NCBI GenBank assembly: GCA_964187785.1
Contig: OZ076409.1
Span: 77,438,001-77,502,000 of the forward strand
Source of the DNA: Amphiscolops sp. MND2022
Taxonomy: Eukaryota
Length of the DNA: 64,000 bases
Reading direction: 5' to 3'
Positions 12,019 through 25,570 of this stretch are shown in pieces. Positions within the stretch are counted from its first letter, which is position 1, and every line of letters begins with the position of its first letter. Both the position numbers and the translations under genes were made by a program. Under the pieces are notes generated by a model. It searched no databases and was not told where the DNA came from. It saw only the letters and a list, made by a program, of their open reading frames with translations.

Positions 12019-13277
12019 CTACCCAGTCCAGTCCCAGTAAAGGTTGTGTGTGTTCTCCTTCTCCGTGATTAGGACGGGTAGTGTTACTTTGGTTCTCTCA
12101 GTCTTGACTTCAACCATGGTTTCGCCTTTAAATTTTATTGGATTTTTGTTTACGTCAACAAAACACTTTGAAGTCGTCTTGAAGTCTTTTGGAATAATAA
12201 TTGATGGAATTATTGTCACTATAGAGCCGGTGTCAATGATGAATTCTATTGGTTTTCCCTCCACTAATGAGACAGCTTTGTGAAAATCCACACGATTTAT
12301 GCCGTTGACGGATTGAATATGGTCTATTTCTGGCCAAGACTCTATTATGCTGCCGGTATCTTCTTCGTGTATCCAGTTTACGGTCTTGGATCGGCAAACT
12401 TTCGCAAAAAGGCCTAACTTTATGTAATTATTGCATTTAGCTTTCCGTGCCGGGCAAATGAGATCGGGTGTCCAATTGGCCTTCCCACAAAAATGACAAT
12501 TTCGTTCGGTAGTTTTTTTCTTACCGGTAAAGGTAGCTTTTTCCTTTGTTACGGGTTTGGTGTATCGGACTTGTTTGTCCTCGGATGTACTTTCAGAGGA
12601 GTTTTTCCGTTGTCTCTTGAATTTGAATCGTTTGTCCCCGTAGTTGCGATAGTAGGAGTCTAACTCTATGGTTTCCAGTATTAGCTGTAGCTTCAATGGG
12701 CCTTCTATAAACTTGTCACGGGCTTTCTTGTCGTTGATGGATGCTGCGAATTGGTAGGTGATAATATCTTCAGTTGTAATAGTGCTGAATTTGCAATGCC
12801 TTTCGATATCTATCAACCTTTTCCAGCATTCGTCTAGGGTCTCGCCGTCTTTTTGTTTGATATTGAAGAATTGGGCTCTGCTATAGAATACATTTCTAGT
12901 GAGTAGAAAGGTCTTTTTGAACAGTTTCAGCAATTCTTGTAAGCTGATGTCTATGAGTTCTTTTCCTCATTGGCCCTCATAATCTCGTGTTTCGCTCTTG
13001 GGCCCAATGCCCCTAGGACGTCGCCTTTGATGTGATATGTTGTGTGTGGATCCATGGAGTCAGTTCCCTGTCCTATCAATTCTTCTAATTTCTTCTGATA
13101 TGTCAGGTCGATATATTCTGATATCTGTTCCCACCACATTCTGGGGGTGATTTTTGATAGATCAGTCTCTCTGTCCGATAGAATCGGGATTTTTTATTTG
13201 TTCCTCTCAGTCCTTTCGACTGTTGTTTGGTTTGCCACCGTTGGGTCGGTTCCATAGTTAATATTCGTGCTTTCCAT
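12019..13277 (-). pseudogene. Gypsy gag and aspartic protease
   Basis: ATG at 13277; RNVFYSRAQFFNIKQKDGETLDE (capsid-like), zinc knuckles, FIIDTGS protease motif. Frameshifted. Confidence 0.9.
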
Positions 13278-13300
13278 TTTTTTCTCGTTCTTTCTTTTAT

Positions 13301-13310
13301 GACTGCGCTA
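13301..13310 (-). promoter_or_regulatory. Degenerate primer-binding site (TAGCGCAGTC, TGGCG-type; tRNA-Ser-like by inference)
   Basis: Immediately internal to the 5' LTR; one change from a TGGCGCAGTC PBS. Confidence 0.6.
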
Positions 13311-13504
13311 TGTTATAGACTCATAAAAAGAATGGTTGTAGGGATGCTCGAGTTAAGAATGTTGTACTTCGATTACAACTAGTATCATCAAACTATAGCA
13401 ATGTAAAAAGTAGCATCAATTGCATTAAGCGTAAGTAGTCTTTTATAGTTCGTGGGCAGGTACTGTACAGTCTAATTAAAGCTGTCTAGACTATCACCTT
13501 AACA
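13311..13504 (-). repeat. 5' LTR of Mag-like Gypsy (194 bp)
   Basis: TGTTATAGAC...CCTTAACA followed by the TSD ATAGC. Confidence 0.95.
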
Positions 13505-13789
13505 ATAGCGTAAGATGCTACGATCTGAGAGTTCGGTTCTTGGAAAGATTCGTAGTTAAGGGTCAAGTACGTCATGTCAATGTAACCGTACATGGCACCC
13601 AAAATATGTAGGATGCTTTTCACGAAATTCTGCAATCGAAATTGGCCAATCTGACTTTGGGATGGATCCAATTTTACACATTTTTCTTTCCTTTCATCTA
13701 AATATCACAGTATCATTTACGATTTTCACTATTGTTTGAATGGGCGATTTTTTTCAATGCCTTCCACAAAATTAGCCAATTATATCCAA

Positions 13790-14004
13790 TCAATTTTGAA
13801 TGCATGCATGAATAACAGCATTACGTAACATGTGCGAAACAATATTTCAGCGGTTACTCTAGGAGAATTACTACTACTACTACTATAGCCTGTTTTTGGA
13901 TCTTTTTCTCTCTTAATTCTCCTAGAGTAACCGCTGAAATATTGTTTCGCCCATTTTACGTAATCAGTTCAATTGCTCTTATTCATGCATGCATTCAAGA
14001 TTGA
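13790..14004. repeat. ~215-bp foldback/hairpin with (CTA)5 in the loop (copy A)
   Basis: Perfect 37-bp arms at 13834-13870 and 13914-13950, extended by imperfect outer arms containing ATGCATGCAT. Confidence 0.9.
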
Positions 14005-16422
14005 TGTATGCGCAAGTTTCTCTTTCTTCTTCGTTTCAAAAACATCCATATTTTTGATGAAATTCTCAACTTAAGATTAATCTACGAAGTTTTTCAAGAA
14101 AAAAATTAATAATTCCAACATGAAAAAATGAAATAACTTTTACTAAAAGAAAAAACAATCAACCTGGAGTTGAGTCAAACTGGGCTTCTATGAACTCTTC
14201 GTGACGAAGGATGAATTCAGTAGCAGCTAGCGCCATAATCAACAAAAGAATGGGTATTATACTCTTCAGCAGTGTTTTCACAACAATCCAGCGGAAAGAA
14301 TATATTTGCCACAGATGACATTGCTTGCTAAGGATTCCAGTAGATTGAAGAGAAGAATTAGAATAAAAATTATAGTGGAAATACTGTTTGGTTCCTCGGA
14401 GTAGAGGACACAAATGGGAATAGAAAGAAAAACGATGCTCTGAAGACTGAATTCTTTCCAGTGATTTCTGTGCAAAAAGAGTATTTTTGGAACTCTAGGG
14501 CAGTATGTAGCAAGAGTAGTAAGAAGAAAACGACGGCTGCAATTATGAAGGTAATATTCCATGGAACCTTAGCCGCAAGTTCTCCCAGGAATTCCATGCA
14601 TAAAGATTGCACTGTATATAACGTTATAAGCAAGAAATACAGCTGAAGCCCACTAACAAGTAACAGCAATTTAAGCAGTCATTTTCCAATCCCCAAACAA
14701 TTGATACAAGTGATACGGTACCAACAAAATTACGGTAACAAAAGGCTCATTTTAAATAGTTTTGTACTAACTTCGTGTTTTGATAGAAAATATTATCATT
14801 TTCACGTTTTCTCACGTTTCACGTAACATTCCTCAATGCGCACTGAATAATCATAATTTCCGTGAAATTCGTCATGTTGGTCGCTGTTGACCTCCGATGG
14901 GAAAAAAGGTGACAACCGAAGGGTTCGTTACCCTAGGTTGTCAGCACCAGTTTCTTATCAGAATTTAGTCCGCAATTATTTAAACGACAAATATTGTGGT
15001 AGAGGGGAAGCTTCTAATGTTGGACGCTCCATCATTTTTGATCGGTTGCTATAATTAAGAACACCTCGCGAACATAAGGCGCATTTTTATTTAACAGCCA
15101 AAAAAGTGAGGAAAAAGTTCGAACGATTTTCCTCATTTGCAAAATGCGAGGCACCTTAAGCAGTTATAAAGGCTTTCTTTTAAAAGTAGAAAAAAACCGC
15201 TTCAACTTGGTCCGCACAAGTGAAAGAAGTTGCAGAGAGGAAGTTTTTTGAGGAGGCTTCTTCTGTGCTATTCTTTTTCGTTAGGAGTTTTGAGCCATAA
15301 TCAAGTAAAACTCTGGGTAATTTTTGCAGCAAACTTTTGCAAAATTCTTTACGAAAAAGCTTCGAGGCAAGATTTGTGTAATAACTCACGATTGAGAGTA
15401 GATATGCAGATAGACTAGTAAAAATGGAAGCAGTAGAATTTGCTTTGATGCAGGCTCTGTGACGTCAAGCTCCGACAAATGTATGAGAACATCTGGTTTT
15501 GATACAGACCAACAGTGATCGCTATCCATTTCATTGTCCAACAGAGAGAAATTCAATTTTATCTCCAATTCTGGATCCCTTCTACCAAGACCTGAAAATG
15601 GACAGGAAGGCAAGTTTTGGAAAACTTCGTTTTGCGCAAAACTAAGTTATTTAGTAGCGCAATTGAATGCCCAGGTTGTCGTCTGGCCATGAACTTCATT
15701 CATAATTCAAGACTCACTATGATATTGACCATGTCATGGACCATGAATAGAAATCTGTGAAGTACAGTTGACAACCCAAGAACATCCATGAGCATCCACA
15801 AAGATCCATGAACATTGAAAAGTCTTGATGAATGATTTTTCATGAAATCAATTCTTTATATTTCACCGATCTATGCAAATGGTTGACGCAAAACTGAGCT
15901 TTGAAAATTATCTTAGTAAACGCAAACAGAGTCAATGTTTGATCAGACTTTTCATCACTGGAGAAGAAGCTGTTTCTTGTTGAAAAACTGTTGACTATTG
16001 ATCTATTGTCTCTTCTCCACTTGAATATTTTATATACCGTTTGTCAACAGAGTTTAACAAAGCGGAACACTAACTTCAACATTGCGGTAGTGTCATTCCA
16101 AAAAGAAGCATTCGGGAACGTTAATTTCAACCCGAGACATTGAATTTCAACAATTATACAAAAACAGAAAATAACGGAAGAATTTGTTTTGATTGCAGAA
16201 GCTCTTCTTCCACTATACATCTTGAAATATATGTCATTGAATTATTGCACCATTCCCGGAATTTTGCAGGGTCTCTAACAGTAGATTGGTCGTTTATAAT
16301 TTTTCCCAACAATTCAAAACAGTACATTTCCAGACTTCTACCCTGAAGTTGTGGTTCCGGTAAGATAGTACAACTAAAAACTTCAAAAAAGACATTATTT
16401 TGTTCCATTGATGGCCTTAAGA

Positions 16423-16977
16423 GCGCTGTATCGGTATCCCATTATTTGAAAGCTTACGATTTTGAAACACTTTCCGTAATTGAAAGAACCTTGGAAAATT
16501 TCAAAATAGACGAGTGCATACTCCGTTGATATACTTGCGTATACGGATAAATTTTGACCACATTGGTTGGCGATCACTTGCGTAGCCTTTCTCATCTCAA
16601 AGCGTGACGAATTTTGTGGGAAAAAAACATACCGAGTTTGTCCACATATCTCTTGTTTTACCAATAACGTTTGCACTCAAAATCCAACTTTGCGTGCTGC
16701 CAATGTTTCAGGGGTGTATCTGTGAGTTGGGCTGTAACAATTCAGTTTAACGGTGTACGCAATTGCGGTGTGTATATTCGCACAAAATTCGTCACGCATT
16801 GAGAGGAGAAAGGCTACGCAAGTGATCGCCACCCAATGTGGTCAAAATTTGTCCGTATACGCAGGTATATCAGCGGAGTGTGGACTCATCTATTTTGAAA
16901 TTTTTCAAGGTTCTTTCAACTATGAAACATTTTTCAAAATCGTACCTCTTTCAAATATTTGGATACCAATACAGCAC
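16423..16977. repeat. Long imperfect inverted repeat, ~200-bp arms and ~155-bp spacer (copy A)
   Basis: 16423-16622 is the reverse complement of 16778-16977. The ORF track shows near-identical peptides on opposite strands (16395-16676 - and 16753-17010 +). Confidence 0.85.
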
Positions 16978-17478
16978 ACATTCAATCATTGTCTGTGCGC
17001 CAAATCATAGGAATGTCCAGGATGCGTTTGATCTCATATCAGTTGAAAGGCTTCATAATTACCCCCCATTCATTAACACTATTGAGATGACATCAACGTG
17101 CAGGTTGCAAGAGAGATTGCAGGGAAACGAGATGTGTTTCTTACTATACCACAATAACAACTTGTGGGTGGAAGTCTGAAATTTAACGTTTTGAAATGTT
17201 GAAGAAAATTATGGACGACTAATCGATGAACATTGACCCTGCAAAATATTGGGAATGGTATAATTGTAATTTGAACAAATTTTTTCATAAATTTATGTTT
17301 TTAATCATTTGTTGAATTTAGGTATCCTGTGTTGAAGTTTAACAAGTTCCAAAGTATTAAAACTGGAGTCCCATTTGGCGAATTCAACTGACAAAAGGTA
17401 GAATGAAATCAAGTCTGCTACGTTTTTTCAACAAACCATGCTATCAGAGTTACTTGATGGCTGACAACAAAATGTGTA

Positions 17479-17842
17479 CTAGGTGAACCAAAAAAACGGA
17501 ACTTTGAAAAATTTTCGATTTCTCAAAGTTTCAAATAATGGTCAACAAAAGTTTCACAACATCTTTGAACGACTCGGATGCTGTCAATCATTCAAGTTGG
17601 CATCTTTACGTCGTAGCGAAAGAACTTTCACGCATTAAAAGTGTGAACGAAACGACTGGTGAAGACGTCTAGGCTATTTATGATGGTTCGAACCATCCTT
17701 AGCTGAAGATGCGATTACGTAACAGGAACTTCATTCTAAAAGACTGACAGAAAAATTGAAAGATTCTCGGTCTCTTGTTTACAAATAATACGATTTAGAA
17801 GACGCAAAAATTTTGTACGTTCCGTTTTTTTGGTTCACCTAG
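17479..17842. mobile_element. 364-bp Tc1/mariner-type MITE (copy A)
   Basis: Perfect 24-bp TIR CTAGGTGAACCAAAAAAACGGAAC; TA on both flanks (17477-78, 17843-44). Confidence 0.85.
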
Positions 17843-18105
17843 TAAATGATTTTGAACAGTTCTCAAAAATGTTTGTAAATCTGTAGGAAGACTCACGCTT
17901 TGAACTCAGTGAAAGGTATAATTTATACCAGCAGTCTGCTTAAAATATAACTGTTGTATTCTCACGAATAAGATGCGTTCTAGAACTTTGAATTAAACAT
18001 TGTAACTAAAACGTCGATCAAACGTAGCATCAAAGTAAAAATGATATAACAGTTTTATATCTATAGTTTTGTTTGTAACTATAGACAGGTATACCTGTTT
18101 ATATT

Positions 18106-21100
18106 TGTGTCTCACCGATAGCCCTACGTTTCTAATGGCGGACCAGGCCGCTCCATCAGCCAAAAAATGATTAAAAAAGGAAAAATTATTATTTCCGGAA
18201 GATTTGTGTCTAGCAATTAAAACACACAGGATGCGGGAAAACAAAAAACATGTGAAAGTGTTTACAAAATGCGGGGGAAATATTCATCCAAGATTCATGT
18301 ATGATTTTACAATTTTGAACTAAAATTTGAAGTCAATAATTTGAAGGAATGACTCATCGATTTCGAATAAAATTCCATTCAGAACATAACACCGCCTGTC
18401 TTGATTTCGCAGGGAAGAAATTAACAAGAGCGTTAAACACGCAAGCGCAATAAAATAAGGCACAGTAAAAGAAATGTAAGGTTAGGGAACAAAGTCATTT
18501 GAAATCATCATTGAAATTAGCATCAAACATTTTCTTCAATTTATGCACCGGTCGATTGTAGATTCCTGTTGCGGTTTTTACTTTTACGACTCTCACAAAC
18601 TTGTCTGTGCTGGTGTAGACAAGTTGGACTTTAGCCAATGGCCACTGTAGTGGGGGAACATTGTCATCAATTACAAAAACAATTTCACCAACTATCAAAT
18701 TGGAAGTTTCTAGTCTCCATTTCTTTCTTTCTTGGAGGGAGAGTACATATTCTTTGACCCATCTTTTCCAAAAATGAGAGACCATTTTCTGTATTTGTAT
18801 CCATCTTTTTGTGGGTGAATGTGTACTGTCAGGGTTTTTCAAATCATCGGTAGTTTGGCTCAAGGGTAGATTCTCCAACTTTCCACCCAAGCAGAAATGA
18901 GCAGGAGTTAGGAAAAACTTGTCATTTGGATCTTCTGATAATGGGCAGATTGGTCTTGGATTCAAAATCATTTCAATTTGACAAAGTAGAGTACATAGCT
19001 CTTCAAAGGACAGAACTTTGTTTCCCATAACTTTTCGGAGATGTATTTTTGCGCACTTGATTGCTGATTCCCATAGGCCACGAAAGTGAGGAGCTCTTGG
19101 TGAGATGAAAAACCACTTGATGTGCAAGCCTGCTGCTTCAGCCTGCAAGGAGTCACAGTGTTCATTCCTTAATATCTTTTGCAGGTGTGCTATTTCTTTC
19201 TCCGAACCAACAAAATTTTTCCCATTGTCACTATAAAGATTTTTAGGACAACCTCTGCGAGAAACGAATCTTCTAATGGCTGCAATACATGCTGCTGTAC
19301 TAAGATCAGAGACTAGTTCCAGGTGAACTGCTTTACTGGCAAAGCACACAAAAAGTGCTAGGTAGGATTTCTCATGAGAATTCAGAGATTTCCTACAAAG
19401 GAAAGACCAGCAAAGTCTAGGCCCACGTCCTCAAAGGCTTTTATAGGAGGGTCAACTCTTGTCTTTGGAAGATCTCCCATCAAGTGGAAAACTGGCCTCG
19501 AGTTGAAGCGATTACTATTGACACAATTCATTATCATTTTTCGAACCAAATTTCTACAACTGGGAATCCAGAAACGAGTTCTAATATGAGCAATTGTTTG
19601 ACTAGTCCCACCATGGAGTGTCAGCTGGTGAGAGTTCAATACAATTAGACGTGCGAGGTGACTGTCTTAAGGAATTAGTCTTTTAAACTTGCTTTCCTCG
19701 GGCCACTTTGCATGTACTAATCTATCTCCGACACAACGAATGCCATTGTCGAGAAACGGGTATAATTTGCAGATTTGACTCGTTGGCTTAACTTGTTGTG
19801 CAGTTTCTAGAGTTCGGATTTCTTCCGAATATCGTTTCTTTTGTTCTTGGTGAATCAAAATTATGATTGACTCTGTTAACTCTGGGGCAGTAATGTAACT
19901 TGGTAAAACAACCACGTTCTTTTTCAGTTTGTCAATAAAACGTCTAGCGTAAGCAAGAACTCGGAGGACTTTGTATAAAGAGTTAAACCTCGACAAATCC
20001 ATAACATCCTTTTTGGTATCCCTGTGAGCCACAGAGGTATGAATACTGGTAATTCCTGTTGTTAGAGTCAACTTTTTCAACTCTTCAGATGTTTCAACAA
20101 TTGACAATGATTTCGGAAATTCCCCTGTTATTAACCACTTCGGACCATTCCACCAAAGGTCATGTTGGTTCATTTCGTCAAGGTTAATTCCTCGAGATGC
20201 AGGATCCGCAGGATTCTCCTCGGAACACACATGATTCCAATTGAATTTGTTTTCACTTTGAATTTCACTAATACTGTTTGAAACAAAAGTTGACCAGCGA
20301 GATGGTTCTTTCGACAACCAACACAGAACTATTGTTGAATCAGTCCACGCGAAGGTTTTCTCAATAACAACTGGCGTTTGACCAATAGACTTGATGACAG
20401 ATTGATATAACCTAGTGCCTAGCAAAGCAGCACATAATTCTAATCTCGGAACAGATTGTGTTTTCACGGGGGCTACCTTGGTTTTGGCAACAAGCAGGGA
20501 TGACTTCCGCCTGTCATGAGAATCTGTGGCAACAATATAAATACAAGCGGCATAAGCCTTTTCTGATGCATCACAGAAGAGATGCAACTCAATCTTGTCC
20601 GAGAATCCATCAAGTAATACGAATCGTTGCAATTCCACATCCTTTAAAGAGATCAATTTCGTTCTCCACTCCAAATATTGGTCGGAAAGTTCGGAAGGGA
20701 GGTGATCATCCCATGAAATTTTTGCTTCCCAAGCCCTTTGCATTAACTGTTTCAAGAAAATGGTAACTGGTGACAACCAACCCAATAGGTCAAAAGTCTT
20801 TGAAATGTCACTAGCATTTGTTTTTTGGTCAAAACCTTTGCTTTAAAGTTTTCTTTTTCGATGTGGGAAACCTTAAAAACGAAGCGATCTTCGCTGTGTT
20901 GCCAAACAATACCGAGCGTTTTTATTGTATGGTCTTTGTCTAAAAACTCCAAGTTATCATTTGCTTCGCGATACTCGGGCGGAAGGTCTAAGATAATGCT
21001 GGATTCGTTGGAAGTCCACTTGCGGAGATCGAATCTTCCTCGTTTAGGAGTTTCTACTAATTGCTTTTGGAGTATTCGGACTTCATCGATCGAAGTGGCT

Positions 21101-21160
21101 CCAGTGAGAATGCCATCGACATAAAAATCTCTCAATATAGCTCTTTGAACCTCAGTGGAT
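18106..21160 (-). mobile_element. Truncated BEL/Pao copy (3' LTR 18106-18386, integrase, RNase H, end of RT) created by the duplication
   Basis: LTR TGTGTCTCACC...TTCAGAACA preceded by ATATT; LHLFCDASEKAYAA; SDNGKNF; private frameshift near 19405; ends at the junction. Confidence 0.95.
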
Positions 21161-22672
21161 TTTCTTGCAGGCCGATCTCCAGTTTATCTACCCAGTCCAG
21201 TCCCAGTAAAGGTTGTGTGTGTTCTCCTTCTCCGTGATTAGGACGGGTAGTGTTACTTTGGTTCTCTCAGTCTTGACTTCAACCATGGTTTCGCCTTTAA
21301 ATTTTATTGGATTTTTGTTTACGTCAACAAAACACTTTGAAGTCGTCTTGAAGTCTTTTGGAATAATAATTGATGGAATTATTGTCACTATAGAGCCGGT
21401 GTCAATGATGAATTCTATTGGTTTTCCCTCCACTAATGGGACAGCTTTGTGAAAATCCACACGATTTATGCCGTTGACGGATTGAATATGGTCCATTTCT
21501 GGCCAAGACTCTATGTTGCTGCCGGTATCTTCTTCGTGTATCCAGTTTACGGTCTTGGATCGGCAAACTTTCGCAAAAAGGCCTAACTTTATGTAATTAT
21601 TGCATTTAGCTTTCCGTGCCGGGCAAATGAGATCGGGTGTCCAATTGGCCTTCCCACAAAAATGACAATTTCGTTCGGTAGTTTTTTTCTGACCGGTAAA
21701 GGTAGCTTTTTCCTTTGTTACGGGTTTGGTGTATCGGACTTGTTCGTCCTCGGATGTACTTTCAGAGGAGTTTTTCCGTTGTCTCTTGAATTTGAATCGT
21801 TTGTCCCCGTACTTGCGATAGTAGGAGTCTAACTCTATGGTTTCCAGTATTAGCTGTAGCTTCAATGGGCCTTCTATAAACTTGTCACGGGCTTTCTTGT
21901 CGTTGATGGATGCTGCGAATTGGTAGGTGATAATATCTTCAGTTGTAATAGTGCTGGATTTGCAATGCCTTTCGATATCTATCAACCTTTTCCAGCATTC
22001 GTCTAGGGTCTCGCCGTCTTTTTGTTTGATATTGAAGAATTGGGCTCTGCTATAGAATACATTTCTAGTGTGTAGAAAGGTCTTTTTTAACAGTTTCAGC
22101 AATTCTTGTAAGCTGATGTCTATGAGTTTTTTCCTCATTGGCCCTCATAATCTCGTGTTTCGCTCTTGGGCCCAATGCCCCTAGGACGTCGCCTTTGATG
22201 TGATATGTTGTGTGTGGATCCATGGAGTCAGTTTCCTGTCCTATCAATTCTTCTAATTTCTTCTGATATGTCAGGTCGATATATTCTGAGATCTGTTCCC
22301 ACCACATTCTGGGGGTGATTTTTGATAGATCAGTCTCTCTGTCCGATAGAATCGGGATTTTTTATTTGTTCCTCTCAGTCCTTTCGACTGTTGTTTGGTT
22401 TGCCACCGTTGGGTCGGTTCCATAGTTATTATTCGTGCTTTCCATTTTTTTCTCGTTCTTTCTTTTATGACTGCGCTATGTTATAGACTCATAAAAAGAA
22501 TGGTTGTAGGGATGCTCGAGTTAAGAATGTTGTACTTCGATTACAACTAGTATCATCAAACTATAGCAATGTAAAAAGTAGCATCAACTGCATTAAGCGT
22601 AAGTAGTCTTTTATAGTTCGTGGGCAGGTACTGTACAGTCTAATTAAAGCTGTCTAGACTGTCACCTCAACA
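21158..22672 (-). mobile_element. Truncated Mag-like Gypsy copy (protease, gag, 5' LTR 22479-22672) created by the duplication
   Basis: Near-identical to 11989-13504; same ATAGC flank after the LTR; ORF 21188-22138. Confidence 0.95.
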
Positions 22673-22957
22673 ATAGCGTAAGATGCTACGATCTGAGAGT
22701 TCGGTTCTTGGAAAGATTCGTAGTTAAGGGTCAAGTACGTCATGTCAATGTAACCGTACATGGCACCCAAAATATGTAGGATGCTTTTCACGAAATTCTG
22801 CAATCGAAATTGGCCAATCTGACTTTGGGATGGATCCAATTTTATACATTTTTCTTTCCTTTCATCTAAATAACACAGTATCATTTACGATTTTCACTAT
22901 TGTTTGAATGGGCGATTTTTTTCAATGCCTTCCACAAAATTAGCCAATTATATCCAA

Positions 22958-23169
22958 TCAATTTTGAATGCATGCATGAATAACAGCATTACGTAACATG
23001 TGCGAAACAATATTTCAGCGGTTACTCTAGGAGAATTACTACTACTACTATAGCCTGTTTTTGGATCTTTTTCTCTCTTAATTCTCCTAGAGTAACCGCT
23101 GAAATTTTGTTTCGCCCATTTTACGTAATCAGTTCAATTGCTCTTATTCATGCATGCATTCAAGATTGA
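22958..23169. repeat. Foldback/hairpin, copy B, (CTA)4 loop
   Basis: Paralog of 13790-14004. Confidence 0.9.
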
Positions 23170-25570
23170 TGTATGCGCAAGTTTCTCTTTCTTCTTCGTT
23201 TCAAAAACATCCATATTTTTGATGAAATTCTCAACTTAAGATTATTCTACGAAGTTTTTCCAGAAAAAAATTAATAATTCCAACATGAAAAAATGAAATT
23301 ACTTTTACTAAAAGAAAAAACAATCAACCTGGAGTTGAGTCAAACTGGGCTTCTATGAACTCTTCAGTAGCAGCTAGCGCCATAATCAACAAAAGAATGG
23401 GTATTATACTCTTTAGCAATGTTTTCAAAACAATCCAGCGGAAAGAATATATTTGCCACAGATGACATTGCTTGCTAAGGATTCCAGTAGATTGAAGAGA
23501 AGAATTAGAATAAAAATTATAGTGGAAATACTGTTTGGTTCCTCGGAGTAGAGGACACAAATGGGAATAGAAAGAAAAACGATGCTCTGAAGACTGAATT
23601 CTTTCCAGTGATTTCTGTGCAAAAAGAGTATTTTTGGAACTCTAGGGCAGTATGTAGCAAGAGTAGTAAGAAGAAAACGACGGCTGCAATTATGAAGGTA
23701 ATATTCCATGGAACCTTAGCCGCAAGTTCTCCCAGGAATTCCATGCATAAATATTGCACTGTATATAACGTTATAAGCAAGAAATACAGCAGAAGCCCAC
23801 TAACAAGTAACAGCAATTTAAGCAGTCATTTTCCAATCCCCAAACAATTGATACAAGTGATACGGTACCAACAAAATTACGGTAACAAAAGGCTCATTTT
23901 AAATAGTTTTGTACTAACTTCGTGTTTTGATAGAAAATATTATCATTTTCACGTTTTCTCACGTTTCACGTAACATTCCTCAATGCGCACTGAATAATCA
24001 TAATTTCCGTGAAATTCGTCATGTTGGTCGCTGTTGACCTCCGATGGGAAAAAAGGTGACAACCGAAGGGTTCGTTACCCTAGGTTGTCAGCACCAGTTT
24101 CTTATCAGAATTTAGTCCGCAATTATTTAAACGACAAATATTGTGGTAGAGGGGAAGCTTCTAATGTTGGACGCTCCATCATTTTTGATCGGTCGCTATT
24201 ATTAAGAACACCTCGCGAACAAAAGGCGCATTTTTATTTAACAGCCAAAAAAGTGAGGAAAAAGTTCGAACGATTTTCCTCATTTGCAAAATGCGAGGCA
24301 CCTTAGGCAGTTATAAAGGCTTTCTTTTAAAAGTAGAAAAAAACCGCTTCAACTTGGTCCGCACAAGTGAAAGAAGTTGCAGAGAGGAAGTTTTTTGAGG
24401 AGGCTTCTTCTGTGCTATTCTTTTTCGTTAGGAGTTTTGAGCCATAATCAAGTAAAACTCTGGGTAATTTTTTGCAGCAAACCTTTGCAAAATTCTTAAC
24501 AAAAAAGCTTCGAGGCAAGATTTGTGTAATAACTCACGATTGAGAGTAGATATGCAGATAGACTAGTAAAAATGGATGCAGTAAAATTTGCTTTGATGCA
24601 GGCTCTGTGACGTCAAGCTCCGACAAATGTATGAGAACATCTGGTTTTGATACAGACCAACAGTGATCGCTATCCATTTCATTGTCCAACAGAGAGAAAT
24701 TCAATTTTATCTCCAATTCTGGATCCCTTCTACCAAGACCTGAAAATGGACAGGAAGGCAAGTTTTGGAAAACTTCGTTTTGCGCAAAACTAAGATATTT
24801 AGTAGCGCAATTGAATGCCCAGGTTGTCGTCTGGCCATGAACTTCATTCATAATTCAAGACTCACTATGATATTGACCATGTCATGGACCATGAATAAAA
24901 ATCTGTGAAGTACAGTTAACAACCCAAGAACATCCATGAGCATCCACAAAGATCCATGAACATTGAAAAATCTTGATGAATGATTTTTCATGAAATCAAT
25001 TCTTTATATTTCACCGATCTATGCAAATGGTTGACGCAAAACTGAGCTTCGAAAATTATCTTAGTAAACGCAAACAGAGTCAATGTTTGATCAGACTTTT
25101 CATCACTGGAGAAGAAGCTATTTCTCGTTGAAAAACTGTTGACTATTGATCTATTGTCTCTTCTCCACTTGAATATTTTATATACCGTTTGTCAACAGAG
25201 TTTAACAAAGCGGAACACTAACTTCAACATTGCGGTAGTGTCATTCCAAAAAGAAGCATTCGGGAACGTTAATTTCAACCCGAGACATTGAATTTCAACA
25301 ATTATACAAAAACAGAAAATAACGGAAGAATTTGTTTTGATTGCAGAAGCTCTTCTTCCACTATACATCTTGAAATATATGTCATTGAATTTTTGCACTA
25401 TTCCCGGAATTTTGCAGGGTCTCCAACAGTAGATTGGTCGTTTATAATTTTTCCCAACAATTCAAAACAGTACATTTCCAGACTTCCACCCTGAAGTTGT
25501 GGTTCCGGTAAGATAGTACAACTAAAAACTTCAAAAAAGACATTATTTTGTTCCATTGATGGCCTTAAGA

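Larger units (their letters stand above)
7677..13504 (-). mobile_element. Full-length Ty3/Gypsy LTR retrotransposon, Mag-like, 5,828 bp, non-functional
   Basis: TG...CA LTRs at 7677-7869 and 13311-13504; 5-bp TSD ATAGC (7672-7676 / 13505-13509); PPT AAGAGGGGGA next to the left LTR; degenerate PBS TAGCGCAGTC next to the right LTR; gag-PR-RT-RH-IN order; Mag-type double knuckle CHFCGK...CPARKAKC..KLGLFAKVC. Confidence 0.95.

Noticed and set aside
14159-14750. Hydrophobic ORF fragments (also 23324-23816) suggesting a GPCR or membrane-protein gene
   Set aside because: No diagnostic motif (DRY, NPxxY), frames are fragmented, and T-rich DNA produces Phe/Leu/Ile-rich frames by chance.
16395-17010. 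Pair of homologous small ORFs on opposite strands as a two-gene family
   Set aside because: They arise from the DNA inverted repeat; frames diverge outside the arms.
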